A stretch of DNA of 64,000 bases from Eledone cirrhosa. Its lineage: Eukaryota. Location of the stretch: contig OZ024750.1 of the NCBI GenBank assembly GCA_964016885.1, positions 54,436,001 to 54,500,000 of the forward strand, written 5' to 3'. Position numbers and translations under genes: made by a program. The notes beneath the pieces were generated by a model. That model worked only from the letters and a program-made list of their open reading frames with translations, did no database searches and had not been told where the DNA came from. The first letter of the stretch is position 1. Each line of letters begins with the position of its first letter. Shown piece by piece: positions 12,684 through 37,167 of the stretch.

Positions 12684-13198
12684 GACAATGTCACTGGACT
12701 GAGACCTTTGGCGGTACTCAGTAATAGAGAAGACCCGCCTTACCTAAATACAAAGTAAAACCTACTACAGCCAGTAGGCATCTCTAACAAAATACACCCC
12801 CCCCCCCCTTCAATGTAAAGTTATGTTGGTGCCACAACATCCAGGCCGAAACAAATGAGATCGTGTAGACACAGTCCACGCTGTAATGTGGCCGTGTAGG
12901 CAACATGGTAAAAACCTCCCAGCCCCACACTGTAAATGTGGTTGGTGTTAGGAAGGGCATCCAGCTGTAGAAAACCTGCCAGACAGTCCATGCTGTAATG
13001 TGGCCGTGTAGGCAACACGGTAAAAACCTCCCACCCCACACTGTAAATGTGGTTGGTGTTAGGAAGGGCATCCAGCTGTAGAAAACCCGCCAGATAGTCC
13101 TATGCGAGCAAGACAATCACTCTTGCCTCAAGTGGGAAAACTCCCGTCCAAACCCATGCAAGCATGGAACACGGACGTTAAACGTTGATGATGATGAT
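12684..13198 (+). mobile_element. RTE LINE subfamily B, 3' fragment
   Basis: Matches the 3' part of 33870-34748; internal ~120-bp duplication; (GAT)n tail. Confidence 0.9.
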
Positions 13199-13345
13199 AT
13201 ATATATATGCAGAAGTTATATTTAATTTGTTGGGATTCAACAAGCTTAAAAGTTTTATAACTGATATAAAGCATTTCAACAAGTTACTGGAGTAAATATT
13301 CAATATATTAATAAATGGAAACTATATTTATAAAACCATAATTAT

Positions 13346-13404
13346 TTTATTATATATATTTCAAGGGCAACCAAGGCAGTTTTGGTGCGCTTTCATCAGA
13401 TAAA
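13346..13404 (-). ncRNA. Minimal type-I hammerhead ribozyme in a Penelope 3'-end fragment (~13210-13475)
   Basis: Minus: tttat-CTGATGA-aagcgcaccaa..ttggttgccctt-GAAA-tatata-TA-ataaa; flanks homologous to 53533-53800. Confidence 0.8.
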
Positions 13405-13488
13405 GTACAGAATTTGTTTTATAAATGTTGACATACCCGTAGAAAAACAACCTTGACGGTTGAAGGTTCGATGGATATATATGTATAT

Positions 13489-13862
13489 ATGTAAGTATGT
13501 ATGTATACGTACATACATATATGTATACAGACGTACAGTAGCATGTATATATATACATACAGGCACACATATATATATGCACGTATCAGTTTACCGAACA
13601 TTTATTATAATGCTCGGTTTGTTCGTCCCCAAACAAATAAACAGGTGATGTGGTTGCCTAAACACTACGGCGTAATTCAGGCTGTTTGTTTGTTTGCGGG
13701 CGAACAAACCGAGCATTATAATAAATGTTCGGTAAACTGATACATGCATATATATATGTGTGCCTGTATGTATATATGTATGTACGTATACATACATACT
13801 TACATTTAAGTAAGTGCCGTACTGAGAGTGAGAAATGAAATTTCGTTTCATTCTATTCCATT
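13489..13862. mobile_element. Diverged short copy of the 472-bp retrozyme-like family with 5' inversion
   Basis: Arms 13489-~13645 and ~13682-13806 inverted; right side continues 'ttaagtaagtgccgtactgagagtgagaaatgaaatttcg' as at 50189. Confidence 0.8.
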
Positions 13863-13931
13863 TATATATATATGAATATATGAATATATATATATGAATA
13901 TATATATATATATGAATATATATATATATAT

Positions 13932-14228
13932 CAACTCTGGATGTCGGTGAGCATATCCAGCTAAACTCAGTCTCCTCTGTGTCACTTTTGAGCTGACTTT
14001 TGGGATGCTCCCATACAGCTCTGAGTTTTTCATCCTCAGCGTATACTGAATAATGTTCAGAGCCATCCTACATGGACACACTAGAAGAGGAAGACCAAGG
14101 TTAACGTATGTTGATGCCCTAAGGACAGACATTGGTCTGTTGGAGACGCAGGACATGGCAACGATAATGAGGGACAGAGACCGCTGGAGAGAACTCGTCC
14201 ATGGATCTCGGGAATTTTACCCGCCTTA
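13932..14228 (+). mobile_element. RTE-type LINE 3' end with 5' inversion
   Basis: Plus '[22 protein letters not shown]...[11 protein letters not shown]'; minus 'NSELYGSIPKVSSKVTQRRLSLAGYAHRHPEL' is the upstream part inverted. Confidence 0.8.
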
Positions 14229-14297
14229 GATATATATATAGATATATATATATATAGATATATATATATATATATAGATATATATATATATGTATGA

Positions 14298-14328
<31 letters not shown>

Positions 14329-14334
14329 AATATA

Positions 14335-14533
14335 TATATGTATACAGACGTACAGCAGTATGTATATATATATACATACATGCATACATATATATATGTA
14401 CGCATGGATTCACCGAACATTTATTATAATGCTCGGTGTGTTTGTAAACAAACATCCCGTATCAAGCCGCAGTGTCCAGCAACCATCGTTGCTCGTTTGT
14501 TCAACACTGACAAAGGAACGCTGGACACTGCGT
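14335..14533 (-). mobile_element. Fragment related to the 472-bp family, truncated inside the ribozyme region
   Basis: Minus 'aacgcagtGTCcagcgttcctttgtcagtgttgaacaaa' parallels 'aactaGTAcatcgttcctgtgtcagtgttgaacaaa' at 50399-50435. Confidence 0.65.
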
Positions 14534-14554
14534 TATATATATATGAATATATAT

Positions 14555-16295
14555 AGTAATAATAATAAATTTGAAGACTAAAATCCAAAGAGGGCTCGAT
14601 AAGGATAAATATATATCAAATATATAAGAACCGTAGAGCAAATATTTATTAAAATAACAGATTAAAGTTTAAGCAAAGAATCGCTGCTTTCACCCTTAAC
14701 GGGATCTTCTGAAACTAACAAAGTCAATCTGTAAACGCAGAAGTGGATATTTCAAAAACGTTGCAACCGGAGGAAGACAGGAAGACGATACTTTGGTTCG
14801 TGGAAACGTTCCCTGGCAAAGAACGGGAAAAATCGAATATAATACGTCATTAATAGGAGCGGTGAAAAACAATTACGCGCAAAGACAGAACCACGTTTAT
14901 GGTATAAAAGAGGTCATAGACTAATGTTCTCTTAGGTGGTTCATAGAGATGTTCTCTGGCAATGAACGAAAAAAACGAAGATAATACGTCATATGTGGAG
15001 CGTGGAGAACAATTGCACGCAAAGACAAAACCACGTAAATGGTATAGCTGAAGTCGTAGACTAAATTCTAATTAGGAAGCCGAATGAATCTCCGCTTCAG
15101 AGTTAAGAAAAAAGTAAATAAATACAATACAGGGGTAATAGAAATTAAATAAATGCATACACACATTCAAATACGTACATACACAAGCATACGCAAAACA
15201 CTTGCCATAGGTATACAAAACCACGCACATATAAATGTGTGTGTGTGTGCGTGTATACAAATAAATAATTAAATAAACGTATATAAATAAATAAATACGT
15301 ATATAACAAGCGCACCCACATACCTACATGTAAATACACAAATGTTCGAAGACGTAAGTCAGTCAAAACATGAAGTACACATAAACACACACCCTACATA
15401 CGTACGAACCTGCATACACACGCAGACGCAAAACTCCCGTATACACATAACCAAACCATATGTACCAGAAAATATTAAAAATGTATACGCCACAACATAA
15501 TCAATCAAATATACGTATGAGGAAGTATACGTACCTTCACAAAACATACAGGTAATATATACTTACCTATGCAAATAAGTAATGGTATAAACAAAACATA
15601 TACTTAGCTACCACATCAAGACGTAAAAAAATCCATGTATAGATCGTACTATTCGTTAGGGTATAATGTGGGGCTGTAATACAGGAAAGTTTTGTGCAAT
15701 TTATGTTTACAAGCCGAAATTGCCTCAGATTTTTTGTTTAAGATGTGGTCTGTGGCGTAGAGTATTTCCAGGGCCTCAGCGGCGCAGAAGTCACATGGTC
15801 TTTTATTTCCGTTATACGATCTAGCCCTAGCTAGGATCTCCCAGTGTAACTTAAATTGGGTGTGGTTGTCTTTTAGACTCCAGATATAAGCTGAAAGTGA
15901 CGTCATATTCCTTCTAAGAGGGTAACGAAAAGAATGGGTATGCATGTAAAGACGCTGCTTGAATCTATTGGCGGTTAACCCTATGTAGGCCCTTCTTTCC
16001 CTTATTACGAAGCATTTTCACCCTACACATAAATATAGTAAAATTTTTAATAGAAATACTATTAAAATTTCTTACTCTACGACCCCTAACCTTGCACATA
16101 ACATCACAGCTTCAAATTTAGCTAAACTACCTAACCGTAGGAACACGTGCAACCCTGTAGTTAGTACTAACTGTAATTGTAGGAATCGGGTTGTTTGCCT
16201 CCTATCCGGGAAATGCTTCTCTAGTAACATTGTCTACAAATGTAAGGTTGAAACACCCACGTCCCGTAGGGCCTACATAGGGTTAACCGCCAATA
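14555..16295 (-). mobile_element. Penelope-like element 3' fragment: GIY-YIG domain, long 3' UTR, inverted 5' part
   Basis: Minus 15649-15992 'AYIGLTANRFKQRLYMH..SF...WEIL...CDFCAAE...LNKKSE.ISACKH'; plus 15993-16295 'HKYSKIFNRNTIKISYSTTPNL...CNCRNR..C...C..NIVYKC...AYIG'. Confidence 0.85.
14666..14716 (-). ncRNA. Variant/degenerate hammerhead motif (core CAGAAGA)
   Basis: Minus: agttt-CAGAAGA-tccc-gttaa-gggt-GAAA-gcag-cgattct-ttgc-TT-aaact; all three stems form but core position 4 is non-canonical. Confidence 0.45.
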
Positions 16296-16735
16296 ATTTC
16301 AAGATATCCGAGAAAAAGCACATATAAGAATGTACCAACAATTATATGTGCTTTTTCTCGGATATCGCTTCGGTGTGTGTTGGGGTGTATGTGTACCCAC
16401 CCACGCTAATTCTGCAGGTTTAATACTGTGTTGATGTGTGTATATATATGTATTTATTTTTCTTTGTCTTTGACCTCGAGCCGATGTATGCGGGTGTGGA
16501 GTGTGTGTGTACCCACACACTTCTAACTGTGACTGACTGTATCCCTACGGATTTGTTTGATGTCCAGCATCTTTTGCAGCGATAGAAGTCTGAAAACTTT
16601 TATGACCTCAACTAAAGCTAATAGCAGTCGCCTTGTCTCTGACTGACTGGTGTGTCTCCATATGAGGTAATGAATTGTGTGAGAGAACATCGTTTTTTTC
16701 TCCCTCATATCGAGAATTTGAAGACAATTCATTTT

Positions 16736-16807
16736 CACCTGATGAGATCAGTGATAATCGATCATGGCTTCACAATCGATCTATCTCTTATTGAAACATG
16801 TGTCGTG
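16736..16807 (+). ncRNA. Minimal type-I hammerhead ribozyme
   Basis: cac-CTGATGA-gatcag...atcgat..atcgat...cttatt-GAAA-c-atgt-GTC-gtg; lies in a non-coding segment 16296-16990 that begins with a 25-bp inverted repeat (16303-16366). Confidence 0.7.
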
Positions 16808-16994
16808 ATTAAATGATTGGAATTTTACCTTGCCTTCGGATTTTCATTTTGATACTTATACTCCGTTTTACATCATCTAGCTGCTCCCTCGAATGGAATT
16901 GGAGATATACAAAAGCGTGAAGAACTTAATATTGCTAACATAAAGTTATTGGACCATTTTACACAACCAATATTGCACCTTACTATATAACAAC

Positions 16995-19840
<2,846 letters not shown>

Positions 19841-19877
19841 AAATATAAGAATCAAAGAACTGCTCAAAACATTATTG

Positions 19878-19924
19878 TGCTTACAGCTGTTTCCTCCAAA
19901 CCGAGGTTTGGATTCTTCGGAGCA
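19878..19924 (-). ncRNA. Minimal hammerhead variant (core CCGAAGA)
   Basis: Reverse complement of 20902-20948. Confidence 0.7.
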
Positions 19925-20901
19925 ATTTATTAATGCATGGACAGTTATATGACCTCCTTTTCAGCCGAGAGACATACCAACACATATTCAAACATTGATA
20001 CATATTCAAACATTGTGGGTCAACATTCATTACAAAATTTAGAGTGGCAGTACACACTTCGAGATTACATTTATATTAATAGGTACAATCAAAAATCAAA
20101 GATATAGGTTAAAGTACAACATGAAGATAAGTGGTTATATAGTGCAAATGTTATATGTGTGGCACGCATGTGCGTCTTGTTTATATAGTGTGGCAGAGAG
20201 ATATGTGTGGTAGAGGCACTTAGGTAGGTAAATAAGAGTGTTAGGTTGGTAGATCTGGTGGCAAAGTCTTTATATGATTGATGTAGTCTGTGTGTGGAGA
20301 AATATTATAAGCATTAAAGATAGTGCAAGCATTAAAAGTGTTATAAGTATTGGAGATGCACAACGCAGGGATGTCAAGTAATTCATGTACTTCGGCATTT
20401 TCATGGTCAAGGGAGTGTATATTTCGATTATATGCCTTTCACATAATCCACGACAATCCAGTTAGAGATCGTAGTCTGGTGTTCTTTAGTTCGATGCTTG
20501 CACTATCTTTAATGCTTATAATATTTCTCCACACACAGACTACATCAATCATATAAAGACTTTGCCACCAGATCTACCAACCTAACACTCTTATTTACCT
20601 ACCTAAGTGCCTCTACCACACATATCTCTCTGCCACACTATATAAACAAGACGCACATGCGTGCCACACATATAACATTTGCACTATATAACCACTTATC
20701 TTCATGTTGTACTTTAACCTATATCTTTGATTTTTGATTGTACCTATTAATATAAATGTAATCTCGAAGTGTGTACTGCCACTCTAAATTTTGTAATGAA
20801 TGTTGACCCACAATGTTTGAATATGTATCAATGTTTGAATATGTGTTGGTATGTCTCTCGGCTGAAAAGGAGGTCATATAACTGTCCATGCATTAATAAA
20901 T

Positions 20902-20948
20902 TGCTCCGAAGAATCCAAACCTCGGTTTGGAGGAAACAGCTGTAAGCA
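20902..20948 (+). ncRNA. Minimal hammerhead variant (core CCGAAGA)
   Basis: tgct-CCGAAGA-atccaaac-ctcg-gtttggag-GAAA-c-agct-GTA-agca. Confidence 0.7.
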
Positions 20949-21008
20949 CAATAATGTTTTGAGCAGTTCTTTGATTCTTATATTTCATATAACTGCTCTG
21001 TAAATCAT

Positions 21009-21208
21009 NNNNNNNNNNNNNNNNNNNNNNNNNNNNNNNNNNNNNNNNNNNNNNNNNNNNNNNNNNNNNNNNNNNNNNNNNNNNNNNNNNNNNNNNNNNN
21101 NNNNNNNNNNNNNNNNNNNNNNNNNNNNNNNNNNNNNNNNNNNNNNNNNNNNNNNNNNNNNNNNNNNNNNNNNNNNNNNNNNNNNNNNNNNNNNNNNNNN
21201 NNNNNNNN
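21009..21208. other. Assembly gap (200 N)
   Basis: Run of n. Confidence 1.
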
Positions 21209-21550
21209 ATAGGAATATATATGTGTGTATATATGTATATATGTATATGCGTGTTTGCATGTATGTGTATATGGGTTCTGTATATATTTGTATGTCTCTC
21301 TATTTATATGTTTATCTTTGTATCTATGTGATATATGTGTGTGTGTGTGCATGTATGCATATGTATGTGTTTGTGTGTGTTTGTATGTGTGTGTGTATAT
21401 ATATATGTATGTATTTGCGCACACTCACATACACATATATATATATATATATATATATATGTGGGTGTGTATGTGTGTCTGTATGTGTGTGCGTGTGTAT
21501 ATATGTGTATATATATATATATGTGTATGTATGTGTATGTGTGTGTATAT

Positions 21551-21594
<44 letters not shown>

Positions 21595-21865
21595 ATATAG
21601 GTGTCTATGTGTGAATATATGTCTTTATTCGTATGTGTGTATTTATATATGTTTATATTTAGGTGTATGTATGTATGTGTATGTATGTATGTATATGTAT
21701 GTGTATGTATGTATATTTGTATATGTGTGTATATATATGTATATATATATATACTATATATATATATATTATTCTTTATTATTATTGTAATATAACTTAT
21801 GTGTATATGTGTATAAGTGAGGTTGTGTATGTATATATACTATGTGTATATATAAGGGTAATGAA

Positions 21866-21904
<39 letters not shown>

Positions 21905-22000
21905 CATGTCTGTATTTTACGTGTGTGTGTATATATATGTATATATGTGTATGTGTGTATATATGTATGTATATATGCATATATGTGTACGTGTGTGTAT

Positions 22001-22051
<51 letters not shown>

Positions 22052-22162
22052 TGGATGTTCGTATGTGTTTTCATGGTGGTATGAGTGTGGGATATATATG
22101 TTTATGTATAAGTATATGTATGTGTATGTATATATATATGAGTCTATGTGTGTGTGTGTATA

Positions 22163-22205
<43 letters not shown>

Positions 22206-23175
22206 ATGTGTTGCGCGTGTGTGTGTCCGTATTTTTATCTTTTTATATGTGTATGTGTATGTTCGTGTAAATGTATGTGTGTGTATGACAGTATAGGTAT
22301 GTGTGTATGTATGTATGTGTAGATATCTCTATGTGCGCGTACATGTATGTATGTGTATGTATATTTGTATGCGTATGTACATTATATTATATGTAATATA
22401 TTTTATTGTTTTTATTTTTTTATTTTTCATAATTTATAGATACATTTATATTAGGCTGTCTGGTCTGACAACCTAACACTGACCCCTCCCCCCCCCCCTC
22501 CCACCTAATTTCTGTATCTTGATCTTGAAATGTGTGTACCAGTGTGTTTATGTGAGTGACTTAATTTCTATTTGCTTATGATTTTATATCCACATATATA
22601 AATGTGAGTGGGGGGTGTGTGTGTGTTTGTGTGTTCGTGGTTATGTGTATATTTATATATATACGCACATGTATGTGTGATTATACTGATATGTGTGAGT
22701 ATGAAAAAAATATATTTATATGCTTGACTACATAAGTATCATTGCGTATATTATCAGCGCATTAAGCTTACAGAGATATTAACCTTGAAATTTTTTATTT
22801 GCATCCATCTTTTTAGTATGCACATACATATTATACACACATTATTGTAAAATGCGTGTAGGGTTTTACATATATATACACACACCAAACTGCTTTTTAA
22901 CCCTTTGTGTTTTCATTGGTCAATTTTGAACTGATATTTTGAATTGTTGTTATTATCAATAAATATACTTCATTATCTCTGAAGACGGCGTATATATGAG
23001 TTAGGTATGTATATTTAATCTTGATAATTTGTATAATTTTGTATAATTTTGTACATAGATCTGTTAAATATGCATACCAATTATAGCACATATATACCCT
23101 AGAAACGATCGTTAAATAGTGAACTTTTTTTGTTTAATATAAGGAATTGTTTGTTCATTATTTATTTAATATTTT
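21209..23175 (+). mobile_element. TG/TA-rich non-coding element ending in a hammerhead (diverged copy of the 41240-43441 family)
   Basis: Shared blocks 'cccacctaatttctgtatcttgatct', 'ttaaccttgaaatttt', 'gaattgttgttattatcaataaatata'. Confidence 0.8.
22969..23123 (+). ncRNA. Type-I hammerhead with ~115-nt stem II
   Basis: ttcattatct-CTGAAGA-cggcgtatatatg...catatataccct.a-GAAA-c-gatc-GTT-aaatagtgaa. Confidence 0.7.
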
Positions 23176-29574
<6,399 letters not shown>

Positions 29575-29799
29575 CAATTAAGTCAAAGATGTACATCCAT
29601 ATATGTATACTGAAATACTAGTATGTATATGAATACACACACGTATACATATGTAGATGTACCAAGTTTTTTTTCACTGATCACTTTACTGTGAGTGGCC
29701 AGCTATTCTGTATGTAAACACACAGACAAACCGGTTTTTAGAGTCATACTGGTTTTTGAGGAAACACCTTTCCTCTATTCTCCAGAAAGCCAGACAAGG

Positions 29800-29844
29800 A
29801 ATATTGAACTAGTTTCGTTGTTGTTACAACTCATCAGCAATATT
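29800..29844 (-). ncRNA. Canonical minimal type-I hammerhead ribozyme
   Basis: Minus: aatattg-CTGATGA-gttgt-aaca-acaac-GAAA-c-ta-GTT-caatatt. Confidence 0.92.
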
Positions 29845-30268
29845 TACCTATCTTCCGGCCTCTCTAGAGAATCGTAAAAGCACATATCGCTATATGCTTT
29901 TTCTATGAAAATTAGTAGTGGGCAGACCAACTTGCATAGAGTGTGAGTAAGTACCGGTTCAACGGAGACGATAAAAACAAATAACGAAACGAAACCAAAT
30001 TTCGCTTCGCTTGCAACTCACCCTTGTATGACTGACGCTCAAACAATTAAGTCAAAGATGTACATCCATATATGTATACTGAAATACTAGTATGTATATG
30101 AATACACACACGTATACATATGTAGATGTACCAAGTTTTTTTTCACTGATCACTTTACTGTGAGTGGCCAGCTATTCTGTATGTAAACACACAGACAAAC
30201 CGGTTTTTAGAGTCATACTGGTTTTTGAGGAAACACCTTTCCTCTATTCTCCAGAAAGCCAGACAAGG

Positions 30269-30313
30269 AATATTGAACTAGTTTCGTTGTTGTTACAACT
30301 CATCAGCAATATT
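30269..30313 (-). ncRNA. Canonical minimal type-I hammerhead ribozyme (second unit)
   Basis: Identical to 29800-29844. Confidence 0.92.
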
Positions 30314-30883
30314 TACCTATCTTCCGGCCTCTCTAGAGAATCGTAAAAGCACATATCGCTATATGCTTTTTCTATGAAAATTAGTAGTGGGCAGACCAAC
30401 TTGCATAGAGTGTGAGTAAGTACCGGTTCAACGGAGACGATAAAAACAATGATGAGTTGTAACAACAACGAAACTAGTTCAATATTCCTTGTCTGGCTTT
30501 CTGGAGAATAGAGGAAAGGTGTTTCCTCAAAAACCAGTATGACTCTAAAAACCGGTTTGTCTGTGTGTTTACATACAGAATAGCTGGCCACTCACAGTAA
30601 AGTGATCAGTGAAAAAAAAACTTGGTACATCTACATATGTATACGTGTGTGTATTCATATACATACTAGTATTTCAGTATACATATATGGATGTACATCT
30701 TTGACTTAATTGTTTGAGCGTCAGTCATACAAGGGTGAGTTGCAAGCGAAGCGAAATTTGGTTTCGTTTCGTTATTTGTTTTTATATATATATGAATATA
30801 TATATATATATATATATATGAATATATATATATGAATATATATATATATATATATATGAATATATATATATATATATATATAT

Positions 30884-33172
30884 ATGAAACAGAGGCCAAC
30901 CTGGAGAAGAAAGATCTGGAAGCTGAAAGTCCCCTCAACCAGTAACAGATTTAAAGATATTTTACTCAACGCCTACGACAGTAAAGAAGAACAGATAGAG
31001 ACATTTAACGTAGAAGAGAACTGGGAGTTCCTAAAAAATAACTTACTAGAGGCGACGGATGAGGTTTGTGGCTGGAGTAAGACCTCAAGCAGGAGGAGAG
31101 TGACTTGGTGGTGGAACAATAAAGTAGATGAAGCAGTCAAGGCCAAGAGACAGGCATGGAAAGAATGGAAGAACGGGGGGAGCAGGGTACATTACATAGA
31201 GACCAAGAGGGAAGCTAGGCGACAAGTATACTTAGCTAGGAGGGAAGCAGAGGATAGAAAATTCAAGCATGTTTTACAACGTGAGGACCAGAAACAGGAG
31301 GTATTCAAGATTGCGAGGCAGTGTGTCAGAGATAGTTGTGATGTCATTGGAGAGAAGTGTATCCGGAATGATAAAGGTGAGCTTGCCCTCACAAGTGCTG
31401 AGAAGAAAGATGCATGGAAGAGTCATTATGATAGATTACTAAATGAGGAGAATGCATGGGAAGAAGAGACCCTACCCCACGTAGACCCTATAGAGGGACC
31501 AGCAGTACAAGTCAGCGGCAGCGTAGTAAGTAAGGCAATCAGAGATATGAAGATAGGGAAGGCAACCGGTCCATCGGGTATAGCTGCCGAGATGCTGAAG
31601 GCATCTGGGTCTGTAGGTCACACTATAACCACACGTATCGTTAACCAGGTAATACTAGAGGGGGCCATACCAAAAGATTGGTGCAGTAGCATCATTGTCA
31701 ACTGCTACAAAGGTAAAGGCGATGCACTAGATAGAGGAAACTATAGAGGTATAAAGTTGATGGACCAGGTCATGAAAGTAACAGAAAGAGTTATAGCACA
31801 GCTGATTAGGGACCGGGTGAATATAGACGAGATGCAATTTGGGTTTGTTCCAGGGAAAGGCACCACTGATGCGCTCTTCCTTGTGAGGCAATTACAGGAA
31901 AAGTACCTAGCTAAAAGTAAGCCACTCTACTTGGCATTTGTCGACCTTGAGAAAGCCTTTGACAGAGTTCCACGTGCAGTAATCTGGTGGGCTCTTAGAA
32001 AACTAGGAGTAGATGAATGGCTTGTGAAAGCGGTACAAGCCATGTATAGGGGAGCAGTCAGCAAAGTTAGGATTGGCAATGAGTATAGCGAGGAATTTAG
32101 CGTACAGGTTGGGGTCCACCAGGGCTCTGTTCTTAGCCCTCTCCTGTTCATCATAGTCCTGCAGGCAATAACGGAGGAGTTTAAGACCGGATGCCCATGG
32201 GAACTCCTGTATGCTGATGACCTCGCACTCATAGCTGAATCTATGGTAGAACTAGAGAATAAATTCCAAACCTGGAAGCAGGGACTAGAGAGAAAGGGCC
32301 TCAAAGTCAACATGACAAAGACTAAGGTCCTTATAAGTAGACGAGAAAACAGAACCCAGATCCCCTCAGGGAAATGGCCTTGCTCAGTATGTAGGAAAGG
32401 TGTAGGTAGGAACTCCATTCTTTGCCCCAAATGCAAACAATGGGTACACAAGAGATGTAGCGGGATCTCAGGAAGCTTAATTAAGAATGTAGGATTCACA
32501 TGCAGCAGCTGTGCTGAAACAGCAAGCAAACAGCCACAGGAAACAAGTACCACCAATCTCTGGGAGGGCCCTGTAGAAACAGTAGACAGCTTCTGCTACC
32601 TAGGTGACCGAATTAGCAACGGAGGTGGGTGCTCAGAAAGTACAATAACTAGGGTAAGAACGGGATGGAAGAAGTTTAGGGAACTACTACCACTGCTAGC
32701 TGCAAAAGGCTTCTCCCTCAGAATGAAAGGCAGACTGTATGATGCGTGTATCCGAACAGCGATGTTGCATGGTAGTGAGACCTGGGCGCTGAAGGTGGAA
32801 GACTTACGTAGATTAGAGAGAAACGAAGCCTGCATGCTCCGATGGATGTGTAACAGTAATATACGTGAACGACAAAGCATAAATGAATTGAGAGAGAGAC
32901 TGAGCATAAGAGGAATCAAATGCTGCGTGCAGGAGAGGCGGTTACGCTGGTATGGACATGTGATGCGTATGAAGGATGACAGCTGCATAAAAAGGTGCAG
33001 AGCACTAGAAGTTGATGGAAACCGCGGAGTGGGGAGACCCAAGATGACTTGGGATGAGGTGATAAAAGCCGACCTTACCCAACTACACCTCTCAAAGTCA
33101 ATGACACACGACCGTGACTTCTGGCGTCACGCAGTAATACAGGGTACCCGACCTCCCATGGGTACATGCTGA
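30884..33172 (+). CDS. RTE-clade LINE ORF, 5'-truncated (reverse transcriptase; APE absent), subfamily A
   Basis: [54 protein letters not shown]; open for 762 aa; the ATG is supplied by the satellite. Confidence 0.95.
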   Translation: MKQRPTWRRKIWKLKVPSTSNRFKDILLNAYDSKEEQIETFNVEENWEFLKNNLLEATDEVCGWSKTSSRRRVTWWWNNKVDEAVKAKRQAWKEWKNGGSRVHYIETKREARRQVYLARREAEDRKFKHVLQREDQKQEVFKIARQCVRDSCDVIGEKCIRNDKGELALTSAEKKDAWKSHYDRLLNEENAWEEETLPHVDPIEGPAVQVSGSVVSKAIRDMKIGKATGPSGIAAEMLKASGSVGHTITTRIVNQVILEGAIPKDWCSSIIVNCYKGKGDALDRGNYRGIKLMDQVMKVTERVIAQLIRDRVNIDEMQFGFVPGKGTTDALFLVRQLQEKYLAKSKPLYLAFVDLEKAFDRVPRAVIWWALRKLGVDEWLVKAVQAMYRGAVSKVRIGNEYSEEFSVQVGVHQGSVLSPLLFIIVLQAITEEFKTGCPWELLYADDLALIAESMVELENKFQTWKQGLERKGLKVNMTKTKVLISRRENRTQIPSGKWPCSVCRKGVGRNSILCPKCKQWVHKRCSGISGSLIKNVGFTCSSCAETASKQPQETSTTNLWEGPVETVDSFCYLGDRISNGGGCSESTITRVRTGWKKFRELLPLLAAKGFSLRMKGRLYDACIRTAMLHGSETWALKVEDLRRLERNEACMLRWMCNSNIRERQSINELRERLSIRGIKCCVQERRLRWYGHVMRMKDDSCIKRCRALEVDGNRGVGRPKMTWDEVIKADLTQLHLSKSMTHDRDFWRHAVIQGTRPPMGTC

Positions 33173-33473
33173 AGCATATAAACAATATGCCCCCCCCCCC
33201 CCACCGCAAGGTGGTCGTGGAGGTGCCACGGCAAAAAAGCACCCAGCCCACACTGTAAAGTGGACGTGTAGGCGCCACGAAAAAGCACCCAGCACTCACT
33301 GTAAATGAGGTTGGTGTTAGGAAGGGCATCCAGCTGTAGAAATCAAGCCAGATCAGTTCCTGTATGAGCAAGGCATGGTCAGCCGACCAGACACTGCCCA
33401 CAACAGGACAACCCGTCTAACCCATGCTAGCGTGGAAGAACGGACGTAAAACGGTGATGATGATGATGATGAT
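30887..33473 (+). mobile_element. RTE LINE subfamily A with 3' UTR and (GAT)n tail
   Basis: UTR motif gttggtgttaggaagggcatccagctgtagaaa; terminal hairpin ccgtc..ggacg; gatgatgat tail. Confidence 0.95.
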
Positions 33474-33588
33474 ATATATGAATATATATATATGAATATA
33501 TATGAATATATATATATGAATATATATATATATATATATGAATATATATATATGAATATATATATATATATATATGAATATATATATA

Positions 33589-33648
<60 letters not shown>

Positions 33649-33696
33649 TATATATATGAATATATATATGAATATATATATATGAATATATATATA

Positions 33697-33732
<36 letters not shown>

Positions 33733-33768
33733 TATATATATATATATGAATATATATATATATATATA

Positions 33769-33804
<36 letters not shown>

Positions 33805-33869
33805 TATATATATATATATGAATATATATATATATATATATGAATATATATATATATATATATATATAT

Positions 33870-34748
33870 GAGCTTATACCACTATTAGCTGCTAAAGGGT
33901 TCTCACTAAAAATGAAAGGCAGGTTGTACGATGCCTGCATACGAACAGCAATGCTGTACGGCAGTGAGACCTGGGCATTGTGTGCAGAGGATATACGCAG
34001 ACTAGATAGGAACGAAGCTTGCATGCTCCGCTGGATGTGTAACAGTAATATACGTGAACGGCAAAGCATAAACGAACTAAGGAAAAAATTAGAGATAAGA
34101 GGGATCAGATGTTGTTTACTCGAGAGAAGGCTACGTTGGTATGGACACGTGATGCGCATGAAAGTCGATAGCTGTATAACAAAGTGCAGGGCAATAAAGA
34201 TAGACGGTAGTCACGGAATAGGCAGACCTAGGAAAACCTGGGACGAGCTGATAAACTCCGACATCACACACTTACACCTCTCCAAGACAATGTCACTGGA
34301 CCGAGACCTTTGGCGGTACTCAGTAACAGAGAAGACCCGCCTTACCTAAATATATAGTAAAACCTACTCCAGCCAGTAGGCATCTCTAACAAAATACACC
34401 CCGTCCCACCACCCCCGCCCCCACCCCATCCACACCACCCCGTTCTATGTAAAGTTATGTTGGTGCCGCGCCATCGAGGCCGAAACAAATGAGATCGTGT
34501 AGGTGTCACGACAAAAAAACACACAGTCCACGCTGTAATGTGGCCGTGTAGGCAACACGGTAAAAACCTCCCAGACCCACACTGTAAATGTGGTTGGTGT
34601 TAGGAAGGGCATCCAACTGTAGAAAACCTGCCAGACAGTCCTATGCGAGCAAGACAATCACTCTTGCCTCAAGTGGGACTACCCCCGTCCAAACCCATGC
34701 AATCGTGGAACACGGACGTTAAACGTTGATGATGATGATGATGATGAT
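33870..34748 (+). mobile_element. RTE LINE subfamily B, 5'-truncated
   Basis: ORF tail '[20 protein letters not shown]...RLRWYGHV'; near-identical to 62563-63441. Confidence 0.95.
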
Positions 34749-36945
<2,197 letters not shown>

Positions 36946-37012
36946 AAATATAAAATATTAAACAAATAATGAATAAAACAATGAAACAGTTCCTTATATT
37001 AAACAAAAAAAG

Positions 37013-37167
37013 TTCATTATTTAACGATCATTTCTAGGATATATATGTGTTAGAATTGGCATGCATATTCAACAGATCTATGTACAAAATTATACAAAAT
37101 TATACAAACTATCAAGATTAAATATACATACCAAACACACATATACGCCGTCTTCAGAAATAATGAA
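37013..37167 (-). ncRNA. Type-I hammerhead with long stem II (stem III C>T change)
   Basis: Reverse complement of 43225-43379, but reads GAAA-t-gatc-GTT. Confidence 0.7.

Noticed and set aside
29695-30591. Repeated ORF MASYSVCKHTDKP...
   Set aside because: GTG start, antisense to the ribozyme strand, no motif; repeats only because the unit repeats
31192-33042. Minus-strand ORFs overlapping the RTE RT (also at 39-40 kb and 59-63 kb)
   Set aside because: Antisense shadows of the LINE ORF
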